Positions 50,271-60,317 of a DNA stretch of 64,000 nucleotides are shown one piece after another. The DNA is from Myxococcota bacterium (GTDB lineage: Bacteria; Myxococcota_A; SURF-8), in NCBI GenBank assembly GCA_963674735.2, contig CAXXQS010000002.1:896001-960000 (forward strand), in the 5' to 3' direction. The position numbers and the translations under genes are program-made. The notes under the pieces were generated by a model. That model was not told where the DNA came from. It saw only the letters and a program-made list of their open reading frames with translations, and did no database searches. Each line of letters begins with the position of its first letter. Positions within the stretch are counted from its first letter, which is position 1.

Positions 50271-52735
50271 GCCTCGGCCGAGCCGCGACGGTGATTTTAC
50301 CGCTGCCGCTTTCCGAACCCTTTTCCTACCGAATCCCGGAGAACCTATCGGACCGCTGCTGCCCCGGCGTGCGCGTGGAGGTCCCCCTCGGTCCGCGACG
50401 GCTGGTCGGCGTGGTGCTGACCGCCGGTTCGGATACCGCCGCCGAATCCGACAAAGCCATTGCGACGGTTTTGGACGAAACACCGATTCTGCCGCCGGAT
50501 CTGCTCGTCCTTTTGCGCAATGTGGCGGCCACCTATCACGCGCCGATCGGCGAAGCCTTGCGGGCGATCCTGCCGCCGGGCCTGCTGTCGGCTCCACGAA
50601 CACAGCTCAGCCTCACCCCGGCCGCGCGCACGCTGCTGGCGGGTTTACCCTCGCCGCAAACAGCCACCCTCACAACGCGCGAAAAAACAAGCCTGCTCAA
50701 ACGGCTGGCGCCCATTCCGACCACCGGTACCTTGCCCTGCGAGGCTTACCGAAAAAAGCGGCCCAGTGTCGGCGAAAAAGGACTGGCAGCGTTGGAAGCG
50801 GCGGGCTGGATCGAACGCGACCAGATAAAAAGTGCGACCGGAACGGCCATGCGAAGCGAGGCCTGGGTACAAGCCACATCCCAGGCCGACTCGTCTTTTG
50901 CACAATTGACTCGTGCCCCACGCCAACTGGACTGCTTGAAACGGCTGATCGAGACCGGCGACTGCCGCCGCAAGGACTTCGTTCACGGCGATGCAAACCT
51001 CGCCCGAGCCCTGTCGGAACTCATTAAAAAAGGGCTGGTCGTCGAGACACGCCGCCCCGCTCCGCGCTCGCCGCTGGAACAACACTTTCTCTCGGAAGAA
51101 TCTCCCGCCCCCGAAACCCTGTGGCCCGACCAACGACAGGCGGCAAAGGCTCTTACCGCCGCGCTGGCCACCGGAGAACACGCGGCCTTTCTGCTCACCG
51201 GTGCTCCCGGTTCGGGGAAAACCGAAGTGTATCTGCAGGCGGCACAGGCCGCCCTCGACGCCGGACGCGGCGTCCTGCTGCTGGTCCCCGAAATCGCGCT
51301 TACCCCCCAATTGGCATCGCGCGTGGCCGGGCGCTTCGGTTCGCAGGTAGCCATCTGGCACTCGGGTCTGGCGGCGGGCGAACGCCTCGACGAATGGCGG
51401 CGGATCCTGGAGGGGCAGGCAAACGTCGTGGTGGGCGCGCGCTCGGCCATCTTCGCCCCGGTAAAGAACCTCGGCCTGGTGGTGGTAGATGAGGAGCAGG
51501 ACAGCTCTTATAAAAGCGAAGATCGTCTGTATTATCAAGCCCGTACGGTGGCGCTGATGCGAACGCGCCGGACCGGAGCCGTCGCCCTATTCGGCTCGGC
51601 CACTCCGGCCTTGGAGTCCATCCAGGCCGTTCGGGACGGCCACATGCAACCGTTGCACATCACGCGACCCGACGCCCCGCCGCCCCCACAGGTGACCATC
51701 ATCGACATGGGCCGCACCCGCACCTCGCGCCGCTCGTTGCTATCGGCCGAGCTGTCACTGGCGATCGGAGAGCGGCTCACCCGCGGCGAGCAAAGCATTT
51801 TGCTGCTCAACCGGCGCGGCTTCGCCCCTTACGTGCGTTGCCGCCACTGCAAGGAAACCCTGACCTGCCGCCAATGTTCCGTGTCGCTGGCCTACCACCG
51901 CACCATCGGAAAATTGCTATGCCATCACTGCGGCGCGCAGGCGGCTTTTCCGCCCCACTGCCCGTATTGCGGACGCGACGAACTCGAATTGACGGGGGTC
52001 GGCACACAACGGGTGGAAGACGAATTGGAGCTGAGTTTCCCCGAAGCCCGCATCGCGCGGCTCGACCGCGACGCCATCGCCCGCCGTGGCAGTCTGGCGG
52101 CACTGCTCAATCGTTTCGCACGCGGCGAGCTGGACATTCTGGTGGGGACCCAGCTGGTCAGCAAAAGCCACGATTTCCCCAACGTCACCCTGGTCGGCGT
52201 CCTCAACCCCGACGCCACCCTGCACATGCCCGATTTCCGATCCGCCGAACGCGCCCACCAGCTACTGGTCCAAGTGACGGGCCGCGCCGGACGACGCCAA
52301 CTCCGCGGCGAGGTCATCGTGCAGACCTTTCAGGCGCGTCATGCGGTTTACCGGGCCTTGAAAAGCGGTAACGCGGAACGGTTCGTCAACTCCGAACTGA
52401 CAATGCGTAGCGGGCTGTATCCCCCGTTTCGCGCCTTGGCCTTACTACGCATGGCCGCACGCGATGAAGACCGCCTCATGGAGGCTGGCGCCATTCTGGC
52501 CGAACGCCTGCGCCGCCTGGCCGGTTCGTTGAAAACCGCCGATTTGGCCATTCTGGGTCCGGCCCCCGCTCCCATTGCTCGCCTGCGCGGCCATTATCGC
52601 GCCCGCATTCTACTCAAAGCGCCCAATTCCGAGGCCCTGGAAGCTTTTCTCCATGCCGCCGAAGCTCGCGGCGCGCTCGACCCGCTTGCAGGAGTCGGGC
52701 ATCGACTCGACATCGACCCATCCAACCTCATGTAA
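50267..52735 (+). CDS. priA: Primosomal protein N'
   Basis: FSY..P, GVRVEVP.G.R, GAPGSGKTEVY, DEEQD, SATP, LNRRGF, four CxxC pairs, QVTGRAGR, DIDP. Confidence 0.97.
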   Translation: MSLGRAATVILPLPLSEPFSYRIPENLSDRCCPGVRVEVPLGPRRLVGVVLTAGSDTAAESDKAIATVLDETPILPPDLLVLLRNVAATYHAPIGEALRAILPPGLLSAPRTQLSLTPAARTLLAGLPSPQTATLTTREKTSLLKRLAPIPTTGTLPCEAYRKKRPSVGEKGLAALEAAGWIERDQIKSATGTAMRSEAWVQATSQADSSFAQLTRAPRQLDCLKRLIETGDCRRKDFVHGDANLARALSELIKKGLVVETRRPAPRSPLEQHFLSEESPAPETLWPDQRQAAKALTAALATGEHAAFLLTGAPGSGKTEVYLQAAQAALDAGRGVLLLVPEIALTPQLASRVAGRFGSQVAIWHSGLAAGERLDEWRRILEGQANVVVGARSAIFAPVKNLGLVVVDEEQDSSYKSEDRLYYQARTVALMRTRRTGAVALFGSATPALESIQAVRDGHMQPLHITRPDAPPPPQVTIIDMGRTRTSRRSLLSAELSLAIGERLTRGEQSILLLNRRGFAPYVRCRHCKETLTCRQCSVSLAYHRTIGKLLCHHCGAQAAFPPHCPYCGRDELELTGVGTQRVEDELELSFPEARIARLDRDAIARRGSLAALLNRFARGELDILVGTQLVSKSHDFPNVTLVGVLNPDATLHMPDFRSAERAHQLLVQVTGRAGRRQLRGEVIVQTFQARHAVYRALKSGNAERFVNSELTMRSGLYPPFRALALLRMAARDEDRLMEAGAILAERLRRLAGSLKTADLAILGPAPAPIARLRGHYRARILLKAPNSEALEAFLHAAEARGALDPLAGVGHRLDIDPSNLM

Positions 52736-52774
52736 GGCGGCTTACACCCGGAAAGCCGTCACTCATATTTTACC

Positions 52775-52897
52775 ATTTTGTCAAAAATAAACGGTCAGGA
52801 TGCAATTCGGACATCCGATCAAACATCGATACAACACGAGAAAATATCATTACAATATTGACAATATAGCAACAACAAAACACCATATTGACAAAAT
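52775..52897. promoter_or_regulatory. Three copies of a 13-bp palindrome ATwTTG-W-CAAwAT upstream of glnA
   Basis: ATTTTGTCAAAAA (52775), ATATTGACAATAT (52855, perfect), ATATTGACAAAAT (52885). Confidence 0.6.
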
Positions 52898-52953
52898 TTA
52901 CAAGAATACATGCATTTCCGATTCTGAATATTTGCATTTTTGTCGTTTTTGAC

Positions 52954-52982
52954 TTGACACCTTGCCATCTTTCACGTAGGTT
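52954..52982 (+). promoter_or_regulatory. Putative sigma70 promoter of glnA
   Basis: TTGACA-N17-TAGGTT. Confidence 0.6.
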
Positions 52983-53050
52983 CGCGGCAGAAGGTCGTTT
53001 TATCCGAGGCGAGGCCTCGTGCGCGCCCGATATGCAGAAAGGACAAACAC

Positions 53051-54379
53051 ATGCAAAGTCGGAATGGAATTCTGAAACGTTTGGGAGATGAAGGCGTCCG
53101 CTACCTGCGCTTATGGTTCACGGACATTACCGGCCAAAATAAAAATATCGAAGTCCCACCCAGCCAATTCGAAAAAGCACTCGACGGCAAAATGCTGTTC
53201 GACGGTTCTTCCATCGAAGGCTTTTCGCGTATTGAAGAGTCGGATATGTTGCTCAGCCCGGACTTTAAAACCTTCCGCATCTTCCCCTGGGCCGAGCGCG
53301 GTGGCAAAGTAGCTCGGTTAATATGCGACATCAAAAACCCCGACGGCAGTGATTTCGCCGGTTGCCCACGTACCGTTTTACGAAAACAATGCGATAAAGC
53401 GGCGAAAATGGGCTACAACATGAACGCCGGACCGGAACCGGAGTTCTTCCTGTTCGAACGTGACGCCGAAGGCCGCGCAACCACCATTACCCACGACCGT
53501 GGCGGCTATTTCGATCTGACACCGGTAGACAAAGGCGAGGATGCACGCCGCGAGATTCTGCGCGTACTCGAAAAAATCGAGTTCGAAGTGGAAGCCGCCC
53601 ACCATGAAGTCGCCTACGGCCAGCATGAGGTGGATTTCAAATATTTCGATGCCCTTTATACCGCCGACAACATCGCCACTTTCCGCTTCGTCGTACGAAA
53701 AGTGGCTCTCGATTTCGGCCTGCACGCCACCTTCATGCCCAAACCTATTTTCGGCATCAACGGCTCGGGTATGCACGTTCACCAGAGCTTGTTCACCCTC
53801 GATGGCCAAAACACTTTTTACGACCCCTCCAAACCTTTGGGGATCTCGGATCTGATGCTGAACTACATCGGCGGTCTGCTGGCCCATGCACGTGGCTTCG
53901 CCGCCATCACCAACCCGCTGGTCAACTCCTATAAGCGCCTGGTGCCCGGCTACGAAGCCCCCACCCATATCGCCTGGTCCGAACGCAACCGCTCGCCGCT
54001 GGTACGCGTCCCGGCCAGTCGTGGAAACGGCACCCGCGCCGAATTGCGTATGCCCGACCCGGCCTGCAACCCGTATCTGGCTCTGGCCGCCATGCTGGCT
54101 GCCGGCCTAGAAGGTATCGAACAGAAGCTCGATCCGGGTGAACCGGTCAACAAAAACATTTTCGCCATGAGTCAGCGCGAACGCTCGCGCCTGCGCATTA
54201 AATCGCTGCCGGGCGACCTCAACGAAGCCGTGGACGCGCTCGAACGCGACAAGCTGATGCGGGCAACCCTCGGCGAACACATCTTCAGCCAGTACGTGCG
54301 CGCCAAGCGCCAGGAATGGCATGAATACATCGCGCAGGTCCATCAGTGGGAACTCGACAGCTACCTCAAACGTTACTGA
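53051..54379 (+). CDS. glnA: Type I glutamine synthetase (GSI-alpha-like, 442 aa)
   Basis: FDGSSIEG, GPEPEFF, HHEVA.GQHE, TFMPKP..GINGSGMH, NSYKRLVPGYEAP, ELR.PD...NPYL. Confidence 0.97.
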   Translation: MQSRNGILKRLGDEGVRYLRLWFTDITGQNKNIEVPPSQFEKALDGKMLFDGSSIEGFSRIEESDMLLSPDFKTFRIFPWAERGGKVARLICDIKNPDGSDFAGCPRTVLRKQCDKAAKMGYNMNAGPEPEFFLFERDAEGRATTITHDRGGYFDLTPVDKGEDARREILRVLEKIEFEVEAAHHEVAYGQHEVDFKYFDALYTADNIATFRFVVRKVALDFGLHATFMPKPIFGINGSGMHVHQSLFTLDGQNTFYDPSKPLGISDLMLNYIGGLLAHARGFAAITNPLVNSYKRLVPGYEAPTHIAWSERNRSPLVRVPASRGNGTRAELRMPDPACNPYLALAAMLAAGLEGIEQKLDPGEPVNKNIFAMSQRERSRLRIKSLPGDLNEAVDALERDKLMRATLGEHIFSQYVRAKRQEWHEYIAQVHQWELDSYLKRY

Positions 54380-54403
54380 GTTCCATCTGCGACGTCATCA
54401 CGT

Positions 54404-54430
54404 AACCCGGCTTTTTAGCCGGGTTTTTTT
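54404..54430 (+). terminator. Intrinsic terminator after glnA
   Basis: AACCCGGCT-TTTT-AGCCGGGTT followed by a T run. Confidence 0.9.
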
Positions 54431-54507
54431 ATTGCTTGACTTGGCGAACTCCATATTTTATGAAGACGGAAAGCATTTTCCATCACATTTATCCCCAGGA
54501 GAATACC

Positions 54508-55248
54508 ATGACAAGCCGATACGGCCTTTTCTTGCTGATTATCCTTTGCCTGAGCTTGGCAGCCTCGGGCTGTTCCGTACGTGCCCAACAACTGAAATCC
54601 CAACCTCTGAACATCACGGAAAGCGTATCGAATTCGGAGCAGACAACAGCGAAATTCCTGTTGTATCCGCTTGAAGATCTGCGTGGCGGAGAATATGGCT
54701 ACCTGTATCCAAGCTCTCTGATTCCGGCGGTCAATTTCTTCCACATCGGAAGCTATAACCAGTATCCCGAGCAGGCCGGAATTCTTCAGTCCAACCAAGG
54801 CGGCAAAGCAACCGTAACGGTCGGCTCCCTGCCCTCCGCGTTCCCCTATCTGCTGGCCGATCTTATGCGGAATATGCGACTGACTCCCAATGCGACACCG
54901 ATTGATCAGATCAACACGAAAGTCAAGTTAGCCTCATTCGATTACGTCATTATGGGCAAACTGAAAAACACCAAGCTTACCCAACACATCAACATGATCC
55001 CTTTAGCCCTCCTGGGCATCCTGGGTGCTCCCTACATTTTCGTCAACGGCGAAATGGAATTCGAAATTTCCCTGTACAAGGGCGGCAAACTTGATAATCC
55101 CCTGCTGACGAAAACATATACGTTCAAAGACAGCATGGTGGTCGGGCTGTATTACAACCATTCCGCCTATTTCGACCTGTTCATCGGCGCCTTGGAAAAG
55201 AACCTCCCCATCGTGGTTAAGGATCTGGCCCTGGCAACCGCTAAATAA
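54508..55248 (+). CDS. Hypothetical lipoprotein
   Basis: AGGAG RBS; lipobox ASGC. Confidence 0.75.
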   Translation: MTSRYGLFLLIILCLSLAASGCSVRAQQLKSQPLNITESVSNSEQTTAKFLLYPLEDLRGGEYGYLYPSSLIPAVNFFHIGSYNQYPEQAGILQSNQGGKATVTVGSLPSAFPYLLADLMRNMRLTPNATPIDQINTKVKLASFDYVIMGKLKNTKLTQHINMIPLALLGILGAPYIFVNGEMEFEISLYKGGKLDNPLLTKTYTFKDSMVVGLYYNHSAYFDLFIGALEKNLPIVVKDLALATAK

Positions 55249-55271
55249 ACTCTTCGTTTTCGAAATTAAAT

Positions 55272-55301
55272 AAAACCGACCTGAAATCCAGGTCGGTTTT
55301 T
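55272..55301. terminator. Bidirectional terminator
   Basis: AAAACCGACCTG-AAATC-CAGGTCGGTTTTT between convergent genes. Confidence 0.85.
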
Positions 55302-55365
55302 CTGTTTTTGACAATTCTGAAATTCGCTTGTCGGAAAGCGGATGGGCCGATCAGTAATCCCGGGC

Positions 55366-55920
55366 TCAATCCTCTCGAATGAGGATACGCCCCTCTCCAT
55401 CGAAACGGGGAACCCCGTTGACGCAGCAATTGGGACAAGACGAGCAGATGTCTTCGATCGCCTTCTTCGCATCCGAAGCGGGCGTCGCCGGAGCTTCCGC
55501 GGGAGTGGTTGCCTTGTTTTTCTCCGCATCCGGAAAAGCCAGTGCATGTGCCCGCTTTCGGTAACGTTCGGGTACCTGGGACAGATCGCTGACATAGTAG
55601 GTGTGCCCGCTATCATCCACATAACGATATAAACCGGTCTCGGTTTTCTTCACCAACTGGGATGCCTGGGGCGGCGTGGTCGGCTCGGGCGGCGGAGTTT
55701 CCGCTTCAGGTTCGGGGGACTTCTCTTCCAATTCCACAGGTTCGAGATCGGGATAATTGGGGTCGGGCGGCAGGGGTTCGGGAGCCTCTTTCGACACTTC
55801 GGGCGGTTTGACATAAGGCTTCACCGGGGGCGCTTGCGCATCCTGCGCCCAAGTCGGCGCGGCCATCCACAGCGTCAGAAACACCGTCAAAATCGACATC
55901 GAGATACGAACCGCCATCAT
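55366..55920 (-). CDS. DUF4124-like secreted protein
   Basis: Signal peptide, Pro-rich linker, LYRYVDDSGHTYYVSDL.QVPERYR; GGAGG RBS. Confidence 0.75.
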   Translation of the reverse strand: MMAVRISMSILTVFLTLWMAAPTWAQDAQAPPVKPYVKPPEVSKEAPEPLPPDPNYPDLEPVELEEKSPEPEAETPPPEPTTPPQASQLVKKTETGLYRYVDDSGHTYYVSDLSQVPERYRKRAHALAFPDAEKNKATTPAEAPATPASDAKKAIEDICSSCPNCCVNGVPRFDGEGRILIRED

Positions 55921-56001
55921 CCACCTCCCGGCTCGGGGATCGTCGAACAGCCGCTTTGCAGGGTTATTATTTTAGCATGCTTCGACCGGGATAGGGTGAA
56001 G

Positions 56002-56030
56002 AAAAACGGGGCGGCCGAAGCCACCCCGTT
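56002..56030 (-). terminator. Intrinsic terminator after the MFS gene
   Basis: AACGGGG...CCCCGTT hairpin followed by a T run on the minus strand. Confidence 0.7.
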
Positions 56031-56055
56031 ATGAAACGCAGGTCGTCGAATTACA

Positions 56056-58044
56056 CTAGCTTTCCTGGGGTTGGGTTTCTTCATCACCCTCCGCGGAATC
56101 GGTGTCTCCACCCTCCGCGTCCTCCTCGTTTTCGGAGCGAATGACATTGCGCAGCAACAGCACCAGGAACGGACTCGACAACGCGATCACACCGAAGATG
56201 ATCCACATCATTTCCGGACCGTTGTACCAGCTGCGCGCTCCCGAAACGATGTCCGCCATGACGCCCTCGGGGCAGTATTCGGTGAGCAGAAGACCCGACA
56301 GCCAGCCGTTGAGCGGCTTGGCAATGAACATGGGCAGAACCGCCATGCTCATATAAGAGCCCTCCCGTCCTTTGGGGGCGATCGTGACCGTATATTCCGA
56401 CAAACGCGGCGACCAAATCAACTCACCGAAGGCGAACACCACCACCTGCGCCAGGATCAGGAACAGGTACCCCTGCTCGATGGTCCAGCCGAACGGCGTA
56501 AACAGTTTACCGGGCAGGGCCAGGAAGAAAACCGATGCCGCCGAAACGAAGGTTCCCAGAACGATCAGCTTGAACACCGAAAAACGCATGATGATCGGGA
56601 TAAACGCAATCAGGCCGATGGTGATGATGGTGGGGTTGATTGTGTTCATCAACCCGATGGGGGCATCGTCACCCAAAACACGCGTATAGTATTTGGGCAT
56701 GACCAGGAACTGGTGGGTGAACGTGAGCCTCACGCCGATCAGCAGACCGATAAACAGCATGAAACGCCAGAAGGCCGTCTCCTTGACCACCGAAGCGGCG
56801 ATGGTCCAGGGCATTTCCTTGTCGGCTTTGGGCTTGGGCGGCTCCGCCTTCACCGAGCCGTCTTCTTCCACTTTGAGATTGGGACGCAGGAACAATGTCG
56901 CGATGGTGCAGATCACGGCCATCATGGTGCCGAAGATCATGATGGATTCGTTGCCGAATCCCTGCCGCAGCCAATCGAAAATGGCAAAGCTCATCACCGC
57001 GCCGATGTTCATGGTGAGATATTGGAAATTGAAGGCCGTCCCCGACGTCCGTTTGTTGGTGTAGGAGCGCAAAGCGGCGTAAATCGCCGGCACCATCAAC
57101 GCTTCGCCGAAGGCCACCGCAATCAGAATGAGAAAAATGAAGAAACGCAAGTTGTCCATAAAGGTGTAGGTGGGATAATCGATGGCAACCCCGATGGTGT
57201 TCAACAAGCCCTTCACCGGCGCCCAGCCCACAATGCTTCCAACGAAACCGTCGGCGGTATAGCTCGGCCGCAAATCGGGATAACGCTTGACAATCTTGAG
57301 AATCGCTTTTTCGAAAGCGGCGGGGTCTCCGGACAACGATTTGAGATCGACGAAATAGCGGGCCGCCAACTCGGGAGATTCCCCGACCATGGCCACGATG
57401 ATGCGCTTGAACTCAGCCTGATCCTTGGCTTTTTCTTCAAGCGTCTCGCCCCAGCCGCTTTTGACCGCCGCGCTGGAAGCGGCAACCTTCATCAGTTCTT
57501 CACGTAATGCGCTGGCATTATCGCGCAGATCCTCCACCGAGCCGCCTTCAGCCGGAACGTACTGGCCGAAGTTCTTGACCAAAGCGATTTTGGCGGCAAG
57601 CAGTTCCACCCGGTCTTCGCTGAATGCTTGCTGGTCGTAATGATTTTCCACAATTGCGGAGTGGGTCGCATCGAAATCCAACCCACCTTTAAGATCCCAG
57701 GTATCGATATAATCGGTCACGCCCAGAATCAGGCGCGTCGGGATAAGGATGGCCATGGAAATCAGCAGGGCTTTTTTAACGCCGATCGAATCGATGATAA
57801 AGCCCGCAAAGAAAATGATGATGGTAATCAGCAGGGTAAAATACCCCATCATATTACCGGCTTGCTGATCGTTGAGACCGATGTTATCGGTGAGATACAG
57901 GGTCAGGACGGTGATGAAGGCAAAATAGGCCAGCATCTCGAAGAAATTGATCACCAGATTGAGCACCCAGAACTCATACGGGGTATTCTTCAAAACCTTG
58001 AACTCGGAGAAGTACTTCGTCACCGCTTTCCACATGATCAACAC
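56056..58044 (-). CDS. MFS transporter (POT/peptide-type) with large soluble insertion
   Basis: FFEMLAYF, motif A GFIIDSIGVKK, FQY..MNIGA, INP, GELIWSPR, APKGREGSYM. Confidence 0.85.
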   Translation of the reverse strand: MLIMWKAVTKYFSEFKVLKNTPYEFWVLNLVINFFEMLAYFAFITVLTLYLTDNIGLNDQQAGNMMGYFTLLITIIIFFAGFIIDSIGVKKALLISMAILIPTRLILGVTDYIDTWDLKGGLDFDATHSAIVENHYDQQAFSEDRVELLAAKIALVKNFGQYVPAEGGSVEDLRDNASALREELMKVAASSAAVKSGWGETLEEKAKDQAEFKRIIVAMVGESPELAARYFVDLKSLSGDPAAFEKAILKIVKRYPDLRPSYTADGFVGSIVGWAPVKGLLNTIGVAIDYPTYTFMDNLRFFIFLILIAVAFGEALMVPAIYAALRSYTNKRTSGTAFNFQYLTMNIGAVMSFAIFDWLRQGFGNESIMIFGTMMAVICTIATLFLRPNLKVEEDGSVKAEPPKPKADKEMPWTIAASVVKETAFWRFMLFIGLLIGVRLTFTHQFLVMPKYYTRVLGDDAPIGLMNTINPTIITIGLIAFIPIIMRFSVFKLIVLGTFVSAASVFFLALPGKLFTPFGWTIEQGYLFLILAQVVVFAFGELIWSPRLSEYTVTIAPKGREGSYMSMAVLPMFIAKPLNGWLSGLLLTEYCPEGVMADIVSGARSWYNGPEMMWIIFGVIALSSPFLVLLLRNVIRSENEEDAEGGDTDSAEGDEETQPQES

Positions 58045-58234
58045 TCCTTGTTCCTAATGTCTGGGTCATCGATAGGACCGGGCGTTTGTATCATTGGGTC
58101 TTGGATTTGTCCAGCCTTAATATTCTGGTTTTGCATGAAAACACTTGGACTTAGCAATTGATCGGGGTATACTCCAACCGTTTAGGTGCGACTTGCAGCT
58201 ATTGGTCAATAACAACAAATACAAAATATAAACG

Positions 58235-59257
58235 ATGACCTCCAGAGAAACTTTCGAACGCCAATTGAAAACATTGACGCTTATTAACGAGCTGGCCAAA
58301 AAGCTCAACTCGACATTAGAGCTGTCACAAATAATCAAATACACCATCGAAAGCCTGCCCAAAATGATCGGGGCCAACAAATGTTCCATTTTTCTTTATG
58401 ACTCCGAGCATGAGGAAATCTATTTGGCGGCCCACAATCACTACGACATGGAGCAGGGCATGGACCTGCGCATCTCGATTCACAACAACCAGCTTCTCAG
58501 CCAAGTGTTGCGCTCGGGACAATCACGCCTGATTCGCGATATCGAGGCCGAGTTCGGCTTGAAAAACCGCAGCAAATACAAGAACAAATCGTCCATGATC
58601 ACCCTGCTGAAATCGGGCGACCAGCTTCTCGGCTGCATCAATATCAACGACAAAAGCGACGGCAGTGAATTCTCCGAATGGGATTTCGAGCTGACCCAGA
58701 ACATCAACGAGCATCTGGCCACCGCCATTTCAAACGCCCAGCTGTTCAGCCAGACGCGCCGTTTGTCCATCACGGACGGCCTGACCGAACTTTATACGCA
58801 CCGTTACTTCCAGGAAACGCTGGAACGCGAGATCGTGCGAGCCCGGCGCTATCAGAAACCGCTTTCCATGATGATGGTGGATATCGATTTCTTCAAATCG
58901 GTGAATGACACCCATGGCCATCAAGCGGGCGACTGCGTTCTGCGCGACCTGTCGGCCCGCATTCGCAACCTGCTGCGTCGTTCCGACTTTGCCTGCCGTT
59001 ACGGCGGCGAGGAAATGGCCATCATTCTTACCGATACCGCTCACGACAACGCCATCAGCACCGCCGAACGCCTACGCCGCGATGTGGAAAATATGATCGT
59101 TACTTTCCTTGACCGCGAAATCAGCGTTACCGTCAGCATCGGCGTCTCCAATTACACGCCCGAATTATCGAAACCGGAGATGATTGAACTGGCCGACCGC
59201 GCGCTGTATCGAGCCAAGCGCCAGGGGCGCAACCGCGTGTGCTCGGGGCAGCAGTAA
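58235..59257 (+). CDS. GAF-GGDEF diguanylate cyclase
   Basis: GAF domain; TDGLT, DIDFFK.VND.HGH..GD, I-site RRSD, RYGGEE, ALYRAK..GRN. Confidence 0.95.
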   Translation: MTSRETFERQLKTLTLINELAKKLNSTLELSQIIKYTIESLPKMIGANKCSIFLYDSEHEEIYLAAHNHYDMEQGMDLRISIHNNQLLSQVLRSGQSRLIRDIEAEFGLKNRSKYKNKSSMITLLKSGDQLLGCININDKSDGSEFSEWDFELTQNINEHLATAISNAQLFSQTRRLSITDGLTELYTHRYFQETLEREIVRARRYQKPLSMMMVDIDFFKSVNDTHGHQAGDCVLRDLSARIRNLLRRSDFACRYGGEEMAIILTDTAHDNAISTAERLRRDVENMIVTFLDREISVTVSIGVSNYTPELSKPEMIELADRALYRAKRQGRNRVCSGQQ

Positions 59258-59283
59258 CGCCCAACACCAACACGGACATAGCC

Positions 59284-60285
59284 ATGGTTGTTCAATGCCC
59301 GCATTGCCTCGCTAAATTTCGCTTCAACGAAGAGAAAATCACCCAACGCTCGGTGAAGGTGCGTTGCACGAAATGCAAGCAGGTTTTCTCGGTATATAAA
59401 TCCAAAACCGCCGAGTTTAAAAAAGCCGAAGAAGCCGAAATCACCCCCACCGAACCTCGCGCCAGCCATACGCCGACCGGCGAGTTTTACCAGGCGACCC
59501 CTTCCACGCCACCGGCCCAGAAAGCGCCGCCCACGCGCCGCGCCCTCGCCAACGAACAGGCCAACAATGGTCTCGCGACGCCCCACTTCGTTCCGTTGAC
59601 GGAAGACACCAGTTCGGAGGAAGCGAAGATCGTAACGGCGGAAGAAGAAGCCGATCGCATTATCCGGGCGCACTGGCAATCCCAGGAACACCGACATTCG
59701 ATTCACTTGTCCGACGCCCCGGAGGCACAAGAAGAAAACGTCAAAACCGGGAGAGCCATTCTCAATAATCAGCAGCTACGTCAGGTATCGAAAGTCATCG
59801 ACTTCGATCCGGACGATTCTTCCATTATCGAAACAAGCGAAATCAACGAACGCCTCAACATCAACCAGGAACTCTACGAAAACATCGACGAGACTCCGCT
59901 GATGGAAGTGCGGCCCAAAATCCAAAAACTGACCGTCATCGATTTCGATCGGCAAAACGGCGTCGAAACCCTCGCCGTCGACGACCAGCGCCAGTTTGCC
60001 TACGGATCCGAAGGACAACCCCATTATCGCGCGTCGTCCCCGCAGCTGCCGGTACGCACCCTGACCGGCTTGCGCATCCCCAATCCACCCGCCAAGGCGC
60101 GTTTTCCCAAGATCGTTGCGTGGTTCGCACGCGCCGTTTTCATGCTGATCATCCTCATCTCACTGACCATCGGCGGTGCGATGCTGATTCAAAAAGATCG
60201 TTTCAATCTCTACCGTTTCGGATTCGTCGATACGATTTCCACCCTTTTCAGCGACGCTCCGAGACCCGATCGCCCCGCCCGTTGA
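59284..60285 (+). CDS. MJ0042-family zinc-ribbon membrane protein
   Basis: MVVQCPHC...VRCTKCKQVF, disordered middle region, C-terminal TM. Confidence 0.85.
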   Translation: MVVQCPHCLAKFRFNEEKITQRSVKVRCTKCKQVFSVYKSKTAEFKKAEEAEITPTEPRASHTPTGEFYQATPSTPPAQKAPPTRRALANEQANNGLATPHFVPLTEDTSSEEAKIVTAEEEADRIIRAHWQSQEHRHSIHLSDAPEAQEENVKTGRAILNNQQLRQVSKVIDFDPDDSSIIETSEINERLNINQELYENIDETPLMEVRPKIQKLTVIDFDRQNGVETLAVDDQRQFAYGSEGQPHYRASSPQLPVRTLTGLRIPNPPAKARFPKIVAWFARAVFMLIILISLTIGGAMLIQKDRFNLYRFGFVDTISTLFSDAPRPDRPAR

Positions 60286-60317
60286 GAGTCGAGGGCGTTC
60301 TGCGCAAAGGAGCCGCC

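Noticed and set aside
52983-53050. Glutamine riboswitch in the glnA leader
   Set aside because: No recognisable glnA-motif core; the leader is short with only a weak hairpin.
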